This document shows, in pieces, positions 10,674-19,391 of a DNA stretch of 64,000 nt; the stretch's first letter is position 1; every line of letters starts with the position of its first letter. Source of the stretch: Promethearchaeota archaeon Loki_b32 (lineage in GTDB: Archaea > Asgardarchaeota > Lokiarchaeia > Sigyniarchaeales > SOKP01); NCBI GenBank assembly GCA_005223125.1, contig NJBH01000013.1, forward strand, positions 1-64,000, read 5' to 3'. The position numbers and the translations under genes are program-made. A model generated the notes under the pieces. That model saw only the letters and a list, made by a program, of their open reading frames with translations. It did no database searches and was not told the DNA's origin.

Positions 10674-11426
10674 ATGGGCTTTAATAACAACAATCTTGAA
10701 AGTTTTAAAAACAAAAAGGATCTTATTGATGAATTATATTACTATAAATCTATCATTCTAAAGAAAATAAAGAATGGAGATTATAATTCTGCATTAGAAA
10801 AAGTAAGATCAGCATTAGTGTTAATTGAAGAACATAAAGATTCTTTTAATATTGAAAAAGAACTTCTTGATTTTTATAATATAAATAAAAAAGTAAGAGA
10901 CGATTTGGTAAATCATAGAATGATTTATGAGCGTCGATTCAACAATCTTTTAAAAGAAAAACTTAGTGAGAATAATCTGGAAAACTTTTCTAAATTATTA
11001 GCTATGTTAAAGAATGAAGTAGACCAAAATCTTGATAAATATAATCTACAACATATCAGTGCAAATATCACCAAATATTTTAAATATATTAAAAAAATGT
11101 ATGAAATTCTAAGCTGTTATAGGGTTCTAAATTACCATAATGCTTCCGATAAAATTTTCGACTTTGTAAGAGACATAAAAACTGAAAATTTTCCAAATTT
11201 AAAGATGTTAATCTCCTTAACTTATCAAAATCTAATAAGAAATAGATTATATCTGTGTTCAAAAGAATGTGATAAATTGACACTTTCTGATCTCTCTCAA
11301 AAAATGGCTATCAATCAAGATCAACTAATTGATTTTATTAATCTAATTCAAAAACAACCAAAAAGCCCTATACAAGACTATATACCAAGAACTCAAGAAG
11401 TAGTGTTTAAAAAGTCACGATATTAA
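10674..11426 (+). CDS. Helical protein with C-terminal PCI-like winged helix
   Basis: Helical body; C-terminal LTLSDLSQKMAINQDQLIDFINLI...YIPRTQEVVF fits a PCI/winged-helix pattern. Confidence 0.55.
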   Translation: MGFNNNNLESFKNKKDLIDELYYYKSIILKKIKNGDYNSALEKVRSALVLIEEHKDSFNIEKELLDFYNINKKVRDDLVNHRMIYERRFNNLLKEKLSENNLENFSKLLAMLKNEVDQNLDKYNLQHISANITKYFKYIKKMYEILSCYRVLNYHNASDKIFDFVRDIKTENFPNLKMLISLTYQNLIRNRLYLCSKECDKLTLSDLSQKMAINQDQLIDFINLIQKQPKSPIQDYIPRTQEVVFKKSRY

Positions 11427-11464
11427 TTAAATCTCTCATCCTTATTCTCCTAATTAATGAAATT

Positions 11465-12388
11465 TCATAAACCTCTATAAAAATCCGGTCTTAGTATATC
11501 AGAATGAGTAATTCCATAATTAAGTACTTCAATAATTTTTTCCTTATCTCTATCCAACACTCCTTTAATGGGAAGATAATTACTTGCGTGATTGCTTCGG
11601 AATATGCAATTAGCACTTTTATTTTGAAACTTAACATTTTTAATGAATTCCTTCAATTCTCGTAAAATTTCTACAGAATTCATCTCCTGAAATTCCCCTT
11701 TTGCCATTCTTTTAAAAATTTCTGTTCCGGAAGGTGTCATTAGAGTAAGAAAGGCAATATACCATATTCTATCGTCATCAGGACAAATTTTATTAACTAA
11801 ATCAGCTGATTCTAAAGCGTGCGTTTTTGAGATTTCTGGATTATTTGCACCACCAAGACCATTTATAAAAGTAGCTGATAATGTGATATTCGCTTTCATT
11901 AATTTATTCGATGCTTTAATATAATCGTCCCTGGTTGCATGCTTATGAATATCTTCAAGTAACTTATCATATCCAGATTCAAAACCAATGTAAGCGATTT
12001 TTAATCCTGCGTTTGATAATTCTTTTAATTGAATATCTGATTTTTTTAAAATATCTTTAGCATGAGCATAAACTCCACACCTCTCTAAATTTGGAAAAAT
12101 CTTCATCGAATATTTAGTCAATTCAAGAAGCTTTTCAGTAGGTGTAACCATAGCATTTCCGTCCAAGAAAAATATTCGTTTTACATTTGAACCATAAATC
12201 CGTTTAGCAGTATCTAAATCTTTTTTAACATTATCTACTTCTCTTACTAAGAATTTCTTTCCAATGTTGGAAACACAAAAATCACATTTATAAGTACAAC
12301 CCTCTGTAACTTGAATTAATAGTGAATACCCTTCACTAGGTGGACGAAAAACAGGTTTACAATAATAGATTTCTTCCTTAGTATGCAT
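11465..12388 (-). CDS. Radical SAM protein (COG1032-like)
   Basis: RPPSE..S..Q.T.GC, with CTYKCDFC (Cx3CxxC variant, lacking one spacer residue vs the paralog); YIGFESG; SNHASNY. Confidence 0.85.
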   Translation of the reverse strand: MHTKEEIYYCKPVFRPPSEGYSLLIQVTEGCTYKCDFCVSNIGKKFLVREVDNVKKDLDTAKRIYGSNVKRIFFLDGNAMVTPTEKLLELTKYSMKIFPNLERCGVYAHAKDILKKSDIQLKELSNAGLKIAYIGFESGYDKLLEDIHKHATRDDYIKASNKLMKANITLSATFINGLGGANNPEISKTHALESADLVNKICPDDDRIWYIAFLTLMTPSGTEIFKRMAKGEFQEMNSVEILRELKEFIKNVKFQNKSANCIFRSNHASNYLPIKGVLDRDKEKIIEVLNYGITHSDILRPDFYRGL

Positions 12389-12439
12389 TATGTTATTAAA
12401 AAAATGATAAAAATTGAGAACTATTTATATTTTAATAAT

Positions 12440-13126
12440 TTATTTATTATCTTTAACATCATCTGCATCAGGGGGCCTTTTTGGACAAGAACTTAAATGG
12501 CGACCAAGTCTAACAAACTCTTTTTGACAATAAGGACAAGCTTGCTTCTCTGCTGTACTTTTTTCTCTTGTTCCCGGTTTTCCACTAACTTTTTTCTTTT
12601 TTTTCTTTCCCCTAGTTGGCATGATATCTTCTATACTTGCATCATCGGGAGCAAACTCACAATTTTGAATGTGTGAAGAAAGATTATCGAATATATCTCC
12701 ACAGAACGGGCATTCTGTTATATCAGCTATTTCTGAATCTTCAAGGTCCGCCTTTCCTGCTTTTCTCTTTTCAAATTTCATTGGTGCTACTTCATCTTCT
12801 TCTTCAAACTCATCAATTGATAAATCAATTTTATCTTCCGATGTTATTTCTGCGATTTCAAATTCCTCCAGTTTTATCGCTCTTTCTTTAATTTTTTTTT
12901 CAGCAATCTTTTTGCTTTCTTCAAATATTTCTGAAAATCGCCGAGTGTTTTTGGCTGGATCATATTTGGTACACACTTGGCATACATAAGCTCGAGTGCC
13001 TAAAGTCAATTCTCTAGCAAGACAATAACATAAAGCTTGAAGACTGTTACTAATATTGCCTTTCGGTTCAAGGTGTTTACATACAATTTTTCTTGAATAT
13101 TTAATTTTTTGTTTACGTCTGGGAAT
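12440..13126 (-). CDS. Cys-rich protein with two C2HC zinc fingers; probable ATT start (228 aa)
   Basis: Frame extends 39 codons beyond the TTG at 13009 (IPRRKQKIKYSRKIVCKHLEP...LCYCLARE). GGTGAT SD at 13137-13132, 5 nt before ATT; in-frame TGA at 13135-13133. Fingers CPFC..HIQNC and CPYC..HLSSC. Confidence 0.8.
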   Translation of the reverse strand: MPRRKQKIKYSRKIVCKHLEPKGNISNSLQALCYCLARELTLGTRAYVCQVCTKYDPAKNTRRFSEIFEESKKIAEKKIKERAIKLEEFEIAEITSEDKIDLSIDEFEEEDEVAPMKFEKRKAGKADLEDSEIADITECPFCGDIFDNLSSHIQNCEFAPDDASIEDIMPTRGKKKKKKVSGKPGTREKSTAEKQACPYCQKEFVRLGRHLSSCPKRPPDADDVKDNK

Positions 13127-13229
13127 AAACGATCACCAAAAGAAGTATGTAAGATAGTTATTCTTAAAATTTAATTTTTTTGAATTTAAGTAAAAGAAAT
13201 TTAATAAATTTACAAATTTAAAAATAGAT

Positions 13230-14804
13230 TTAAAAATTAAAATTTAAATTTTTGATATCTTTTGAAATTTTATTCTTTAATTCAATATTTTCCAGATTTG
13301 GTAATAATTCTTCAACAATATCTTTTAATTCTACAATTTTTTGAATAAGCAAATCAGGTTTATTCCAAAAATCTGTTCTTAATGGATGCATCTTTAAGAG
13401 AGCTTTATTAAAATTCTCAATAGCTGCTCTATAAAATAAGCAAGTATTTTCTAGTTTATTAAGCCTTGATTGATAAATTGAACCAATTTTATTAAAACAC
13501 ATACCTGCCCCTGCAAAATCACCTTCTTTTTCAAAATTTATAGCCGCATCTTGAATTTTATTCAGAGCATCTTCTAAAACTTCATTATCTCCTTTTTTTA
13601 ATAGCAAATAACCTCTAATATAGTAAGCTACTCCTAAATAAAAACGATGATTTTGTTTTTTAGCAAGTTTAAATAAATCGTCAGAAAATTCTCCCGCAAA
13701 AATTAAGTGTTCATTTGAAATGCATTTTTGAGTAACAATTCTTAAAAGCTCTAAAACTCTTTCAAAATCTTTATTTTCTCTATATTTTTCAATTCCTTCC
13801 CTAAATTTTTCAATTCCTGTAAAGGAATCTTTATTTTCGAATGCTTGATTTCCTTCATAAATTAATTGTTCTGTTGTTTCTTTCAATTTGATTTCTTTCT
13901 GCTTTTTCTTTCCATCGATCTCGCCATAAAAGAAATCATCAACTCCAAATGTAATATCTTCAGTCATAGGAATTTCGGTTAAAAAATTTTTAGTTTTTAT
14001 ATCGTTTGGTTCAGAACGGGCCTGAACTTTTTTTTCTTGTGAAAATTCTTCTCTGTACGCAGATTGTAAAGGTTTTCCTTCAGTTACCAGGGCAGATAGC
14101 TCAGATAAAACATTTGCAAAGAAGTATTTATTTAATCCGTCCACAACATAATCTATTTTATGATAATTATTGTCAAATCCAGGATCATTTACATTCATAC
14201 TTACGTCAGTTATTCTATAGATTTCAAAACCAGTATCATATTTTGTCATAGGGTATTCAGAGCCGTCTTCAACTTTTATCATTTCTTCTTTCTTCTTTCC
14301 TAAAAGGGTGTGATCAAATACTAAACCACAAAAATCGTTATTGTTTTGCTGAAATCCTAATTGGTTAATTAAATCTATATATGAAAAAAATAAGTTTAAT
14401 CCAGGATGGCTATGAAACCATCCAACTATATAATACCCTTTTCCCTCTTTATCAAGTTTCTCTTGAATTTCTTCGATAAATCCATAATGTCTTTCGTCCA
14501 ACTGAACATCAGTCGCATGTCCAAATGTTAAAGCTTCTGCACGCTCTACATAAACTAATTCTTCATCAGATTTTCCAATTAATAAACCATATATTTCTTT
14601 CCATTCCGCTGGAGGTATTGATTTATTTGCAAATCTGCTTGTGTATAAGATTATAGTTTTATAGGCATCTGCTCTAATAACTACTGGCTTACTGATTTTT
14701 TCTATTTGCTTTTCCTCTTTAGTATCTTCATTTTCTAAATTAGATTCCATATTTTCGTTTCCTGAATTTTCGTTATTATTGGGGTTTTTAAATTTCTCTG
14801 ACAT
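13230..14804 (-). CDS. MPN/JAMM metallo-isopeptidase domain fused to TPR/SNAP-like helical repeats
   Basis: Intact JAMM motif E(IYGLL)...GWFHSHPGLNLFFSYID; C-terminal helical repeats (AAINFEKEGDFAGAGMCFNKIGSIY). Confidence 0.85.
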   Translation of the reverse strand: MSEKFKNPNNNENSGNENMESNLENEDTKEEKQIEKISKPVVIRADAYKTIILYTSRFANKSIPPAEWKEIYGLLIGKSDEELVYVERAEALTFGHATDVQLDERHYGFIEEIQEKLDKEGKGYYIVGWFHSHPGLNLFFSYIDLINQLGFQQNNNDFCGLVFDHTLLGKKKEEMIKVEDGSEYPMTKYDTGFEIYRITDVSMNVNDPGFDNNYHKIDYVVDGLNKYFFANVLSELSALVTEGKPLQSAYREEFSQEKKVQARSEPNDIKTKNFLTEIPMTEDITFGVDDFFYGEIDGKKKQKEIKLKETTEQLIYEGNQAFENKDSFTGIEKFREGIEKYRENKDFERVLELLRIVTQKCISNEHLIFAGEFSDDLFKLAKKQNHRFYLGVAYYIRGYLLLKKGDNEVLEDALNKIQDAAINFEKEGDFAGAGMCFNKIGSIYQSRLNKLENTCLFYRAAIENFNKALLKMHPLRTDFWNKPDLLIQKIVELKDIVEELLPNLENIELKNKISKDIKNLNFNF

Positions 14805-14992
14805 ATCAACCTTTCCTAATTTAATAATTAATTCTAAAAAAATAATAAATGTATACTTAATTAAAATTATGTATGATTAGTTCATAATAAGTGGTTTTAT
14901 CAAATGTTTAAAGACTTCTAATGAAAGTATAGAAAAAGCTCAAGTTGATTTAAGTAAAAGTCAATCTAATGCTTATTAAAAAAAATATAGGG

Positions 14993-15103
14993 CTAGCTAG
15001 CTTGAATGCTCAAAGTAGAAAAATAAAAAAAAAAAGTAAATTTAATTTAATTTTTTGATATTGATTTTCATGATTTTAGGTTTTTTTTCTTAAAGTGCCT
15101 GAA
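14993..15103. repeat. ~110-bp direct repeat, copy 1 (Loki-CTERM gene tail plus downstream DNA)
   Basis: Blocks CTAGCTAGCTTGAATGCTCAAAGTAGAAA (14993-15021) and ATTTTTTGATATTGATTTTCATGATTTTAG (15050-15079) are identical to 17715-17743 and 17770-17799. Confidence 0.95.
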
Positions 15104-17593
15104 AACCAGAATGCTGGATACCAGACCAAGTATTGCCATGAGTAAGAATCCATTATATCCTGGAATAGCTGCAGATCCATCGCCCTCTTCAATTAAAACA
15201 TCGACACTAATACAATTGGATAATGTATACCCATACTCGTTATATGCTGCAACAATGTAATAATAGGTTCCATCCGACAGTCCGGTAATAGAGTATGGTG
15301 ATATTGCATTTTGAAAGGAAAGTGAAGTTTGGCTGTAATCAAGTTCAGTGATATAACTATTGGATGTAAAAACCGAATAATTATCTGCTCCTTGAGAACT
15401 GGCCCATACTAATTTGAAATCTCCATCAAGATCAGGTGTATCAGCACTGGATAACAACGTAAATTGTTCTGGAACTCCTTCTACAACAGTAACACTAATA
15501 CAATTGGATAATGTATACCCATGCTCGTTATATGCTGCAACAATGTAATAGTAGGTTCCAACCGACAGTCCGGTAATAGAGAATGGTGATATTGCATTCT
15601 GATCAGCAATTAGAGTAAGACTTCCGTTAATAACAGTAATAAAACTATTAGATATAAAAACCGAATAATTATCTGCTCCTTGAGAACTGGTCCATATTAA
15701 ATTGAAATTTCCATCAAGATCAGGAGTATCTGCATCAGAATCCAAATAAAAATCATCTGGCGCCCATTTTAATGAAAATAAATCAAGTATTTCCATTACA
15801 TTATAAGAAAAGTTTTCTAATTCTGCCTTATGAACTTGTTGTACTAAATAAACCCAACCTGATATATGACAGTGGCTTGCTGGATTTAATGGGCGGTTTA
15901 CGTCATAAATTAATGATTGGATCTTCATATAATAGTCTAATTGTGTTAAATAATCAGTTTCAGCTGCGGCCGCATTCATCAATTCAGTTAATCCACCAGA
16001 ACTAGTATCGTTAATCCGTGAAAAGCATGAGCCAGAAGCTAAATTGAATAATGGATCAATCATATTGAATGGATTTAAATAATCTGCGCACCATCCAATA
16101 TATGCAATATCCATTTGCCAAGGACTGTTTTCGCCTACGTCTAAATAAAGACCCCACTCTCTCACGGTTTCTGTCATTTCAATTCCAATCATATCAAAGT
16201 TGTCGTCCAGTAATTGATTTAACACTAGGTTGGTTACACTTCCAAAGTGTCTGTTTATTTCAAGATTTCTTCCAAGGATGTTTTGACCCATCCAATCAAG
16301 ATCAGTATTGACATCAAATCCAGAACAATCAATACCACCACGTGCAACGATATCAGCAGCGTTATCTTTCAAGATCTGTCTTGCTTTTACGATATTGGCT
16401 TCCCATGTGAAACTAGAGTCACTGGCTTGTACTACAGATGCATTATGTCCAGGCATAGCTCGAGGAACTGCGGTAGTTCCTTCAACAGCATAACCAGCTT
16501 GAATTTCTTCATAGATATATGTATAGTTAATTGCTAATGCAAGAGCTCGTCTTAAGTATGCAGGGTTTTTCTGGTATTGATGATCACCTGGAACGATCAT
16601 ATTACCCCCAGTATCTCTTGGGCCAGAGTAAATTTCTAAATAGAAGTAGCAGAGATTTTCACCAACATCTTCTACATGAAAGTCTGGATCGGCTCTGAAC
16701 GTATCGATATATATTTTTGTGACGTCATCAATATAATCAAATTGTCCGGCTAAAGCTGCATTCATTCTACCTGTATCATCTTCTATGATCGTCCAAATCA
16801 TTTCTTTAATTTTGGCTTCTCCTCGCCAGTAATTTTCAAATACTTTAAACCTTACTTCCACATCTCTCCAAAAATGTTGATAATCAAAAGGACCAGTACC
16901 AACTAAATCATCAGTTTCTAAATCTAAATAGGTATATCTAGGGGTAGACTCAGGTGATAAAATATCGGTAGCACCAAAACAGAGTAAATCTAATAACGCA
17001 CCAAAAGGCTTACTTAAAATTATTGTAAATTTGTAAGGATCTATATTATCATCTGCAATAAATGAATCAAAGATAGGCGTGCCATCAGCATGAAAGAATA
17101 ATGAACTTGGAAATGCTGGCCATGATGTTGAATTGTAAGGAAGAGTACCTGTGGCATCAATGAAATATTGTACTCTTTCAAAATTCCATTTAACATCTTC
17201 GGCAGTCATCATTGTTCCATCATGGAATTGTACACCTTGTCTTAACGTAAAAGTGATTTGAGTATCACTATCCCAAACCCATGATTCAGCAAGCACAGGC
17301 TTTATTGCATAATTAGGATGAGTTGACCAATTGTACTCAACTAAACCCTCTACAACTTGGTATTGTACGTTATGTGATGGAACATCCCAAGTATCAACAG
17401 GATCAAGTGCTGCAGGATTACTCGCAAAACCCACTTTAAATGGAACAGTGGAAGAAGGAATTGGATATTGTTCAATCGATTTTATCCCATTTCCGTTATA
17501 TTCATTCTGATAAACTAGAATTATTGAATAAGCTGTTATTGAGGTAGAAAGTATAAGAAAAAGAAGAAAAAAACCATAAGTCTCTTTTTTCAT
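15068..17593 (-). CDS. Family-5 (DppA/OppA-like) ABC substrate-binding protein with two Ig/FN3-like repeats and Loki-CTERM-like tail
   Basis: LDP, EGL, LAESW, FTLRQGVQFHDG..TAEDV.W..ER, GTGPF motifs; N-terminal hydrophobic helix; tail IPGYNGFLLMAILGLVSSILVFRHFKKK. ATG at 17593 preferred over TTG at 17635. Confidence 0.9.
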   Translation of the reverse strand: MKKETYGFFLLFLILSTSITAYSIILVYQNEYNGNGIKSIEQYPIPSSTVPFKVGFASNPAALDPVDTWDVPSHNVQYQVVEGLVEYNWSTHPNYAIKPVLAESWVWDSDTQITFTLRQGVQFHDGTMMTAEDVKWNFERVQYFIDATGTLPYNSTSWPAFPSSLFFHADGTPIFDSFIADDNIDPYKFTIILSKPFGALLDLLCFGATDILSPESTPRYTYLDLETDDLVGTGPFDYQHFWRDVEVRFKVFENYWRGEAKIKEMIWTIIEDDTGRMNAALAGQFDYIDDVTKIYIDTFRADPDFHVEDVGENLCYFYLEIYSGPRDTGGNMIVPGDHQYQKNPAYLRRALALAINYTYIYEEIQAGYAVEGTTAVPRAMPGHNASVVQASDSSFTWEANIVKARQILKDNAADIVARGGIDCSGFDVNTDLDWMGQNILGRNLEINRHFGSVTNLVLNQLLDDNFDMIGIEMTETVREWGLYLDVGENSPWQMDIAYIGWCADYLNPFNMIDPLFNLASGSCFSRINDTSSGGLTELMNAAAAETDYLTQLDYYMKIQSLIYDVNRPLNPASHCHISGWVYLVQQVHKAELENFSYNVMEILDLFSLKWAPDDFYLDSDADTPDLDGNFNLIWTSSQGADNYSVFISNSFITVINGSLTLIADQNAISPFSITGLSVGTYYYIVAAYNEHGYTLSNCISVTVVEGVPEQFTLLSSADTPDLDGDFKLVWASSQGADNYSVFTSNSYITELDYSQTSLSFQNAISPYSITGLSDGTYYYIVAAYNEYGYTLSNCISVDVLIEEGDGSAAIPGYNGFLLMAILGLVSSILVFRHFKKKNLKS
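15204..15734 (-). repeat. Intragenic tandem duplication of a 96-aa FN3-like domain (288-bp period)
   Basis: 15204-15446 closely matches 15492-15734 (ADTPDLDG.F.L.W.SSQGADNYSVF...GTYYYIVAAYNE.GYTLSNCISV). Confidence 0.9.
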
Positions 17594-17714
17594 TTTATTT
17601 TGCCTTTTCTGTTTGTATTTATATAAACTTATCAAAAAAATGATAAGTTGATTAATAGATTATCGTGCTATTATAAAAATTTTTCCTTGAACATTTTTCG
17701 AACAATAAAGTACA

Positions 17715-17822
17715 CTAGCTAGCTTGAATGCTCAAAGTAGAAAGATTTGAAAAATAATACTTTAATTGTATTTTTTGATATTGATTTTCATGATTTTAGA
17801 TTTTTTTCTTCATGTGCCTGAA
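17715..17822. repeat. ~110-bp direct repeat, copy 2; overlaps and supplies the comE C-terminus
   Basis: Identical blocks with copy 1. comE ends FRHMKKKI versus FRHFKKKNLKS in the binding protein, through a 1-nt shorter T run. Confidence 0.95.
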
Positions 17823-18374
17823 GTTCAGCATTGCCTTACAAAATCGAGTTTTAATCTCCTCAGGATGTAAAAGGATGTTACTTACGTGAGCATTACCGGG
17901 TTGAGTTCTAATGAGTACAAAATGGCATCCAGTACCCAAGTTTTTTAGGCCTTGAATTATATCTTTTTCTTTGTCGATAATAGTAATTGATTCAAATCCT
18001 GCTCCTTTTGCGATGACTTCTAATTTTGTTTTACCACTTGTATAAGTTTTTTGATCACCAGTAGATCCATAAGAAGAATTATCTATAACTATGAGAGTTA
18101 AATTATTTGGGCTATTATTAGCTATTGTACTGAGACTTCCGAGATTCATTAATAAGGAACCATCTCCATCGATACAAACAACTCTTTTGTTGGGTTTTGA
18201 AATAGCTAAACCAAACGCGATGGAAGAAACTAACCCCATTGATCCTAACATATAAAAATTCTCCTCTCTATCATCAATATCATAAAGTTCTCTTGAAGGA
18301 GTACCAAGATTACAAACAACAAGTTCATTATTTAAGGATTCAACAATTTGTTTTATTGCGTCGTATCTTTTCAC
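17796..18374 (-). CDS. comE: Sulfopyruvate decarboxylase beta subunit (ThDP-binding)
   Basis: NFYMLGSMG, IDGDGSLLMNLG, DNSSYGSTGDQ. GTG at 18374 overlaps the comD TGA (GTGA) with GGAGG upstream. Confidence 0.8.
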   Translation of the reverse strand: MKRYDAIKQIVESLNNELVVCNLGTPSRELYDIDDREENFYMLGSMGLVSSIAFGLAISKPNKRVVCIDGDGSLLMNLGSLSTIANNSPNNLTLIVIDNSSYGSTGDQKTYTSGKTKLEVIAKGAGFESITIIDKEKDIIQGLKNLGTGCHFVLIRTQPGNAHVSNILLHPEEIKTRFCKAMLNFRHMKKKI

Positions 18375-18871
18375 GGTATTTTCCTCCATAAATTTCTTTT
18401 TAGAAGGATTCCTACTGATTTTTTTGACTTTTTACAAACATCGACAGCAAATTTTACTTCTTTAATATTTTCCATTGAATTAATAATAAATTTTCTAATA
18501 TTTAATAAATCTAATAGATCTGGCGTAAGTTGGCCCATTGGAATTTGAGCCTCAATTTTTTCTCCTTCGGCACCTCTATGACTCATTATAAATATTATAG
18601 GAATTTTGTATAATTGTAATAAGGATTTTATGGCATTTATTGAGTTGCCTAGTCCCGAATTTTGCATCAAAATTGCTGGTGTTCTTCCGCCTAAATAAGC
18701 ACCTGCTGCAATTCCTACTCCTTCTTCTTCCCGCGTTACCGGAATATGCTGAATTTCTTTTTTTTCATCAATAAGTTTTAAAATATCCTTTAACAATATA
18801 CAAGGTAATGATAAAATTAAATCTACTCCGGATTTTTTAATCATTTTATATAATTCAATATCTGCTTTCAT
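18371..18871 (-). CDS. comD: Sulfopyruvate decarboxylase alpha subunit
   Basis: SLPC, TREEEGVGIAAGAYLGG, MQNSGLGNSINA, SHRG...E...QIPMG. Confidence 0.85.
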   Translation of the reverse strand: MKADIELYKMIKKSGVDLILSLPCILLKDILKLIDEKKEIQHIPVTREEEGVGIAAGAYLGGRTPAILMQNSGLGNSINAIKSLLQLYKIPIIFIMSHRGAEGEKIEAQIPMGQLTPDLLDLLNIRKFIINSMENIKEVKFAVDVCKKSKKSVGILLKRNLWRKIP

Positions 18872-18997
18872 AACATTAATTTAATTAGATGTGTTTAATT
18901 TGAAATTTAACGTTACTTAAATGATCACTAATTTACAACTATCTTTAAAACTTAAGAATTAATTTATAATATTGTACTGGAATAATCATTTTAGAAG

Positions 18998-19384
18998 GTG
19001 AATAAAATAATAATTGAACTAATTGCTTCAATATACATAATTTTAATCGGAGTCGCAATGTTGAGCATGTGGCTCTTTTTATTAATAAAGAGAGAAGTAC
19101 CAGAACTTAAAACTAAGCCAACTCAAATATTTTTTCATTTAATTGCTGAATTTTTGACCTCTACTATGCTTATACTTGGAGGAATTGGATACATAACAAA
19201 TCAATCTTGGGGGGTGGCAATATTCTTCATTGCTATTGGAATGACAATCTATTCTACCATAAACGCAGCAGGTTTTTATGGGCAATTAAAAGATTGGCCA
19301 ATATTTATTACATTATTAGTATTTACACTTATTTCTCTTCTGATAATGTCTTTAATAATACTTGTCGAATTCCAAGTCCTATGA
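18998..19384 (+). CDS. Four-TM hypothetical membrane protein
   Basis: Four hydrophobic helices with FHLIAE motif. The GTG lies inside a GGTGA SD-like motif, so the true start may be ATA at 19007 or 19010. Confidence 0.8.
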   Translation: MNKIIIELIASIYIILIGVAMLSMWLFLLIKREVPELKTKPTQIFFHLIAEFLTSTMLILGGIGYITNQSWGVAIFFIAIGMTIYSTINAAGFYGQLKDWPIFITLLVFTLISLLIMSLIILVEFQVL

Positions 19385-19391
19385 TAAAAAC

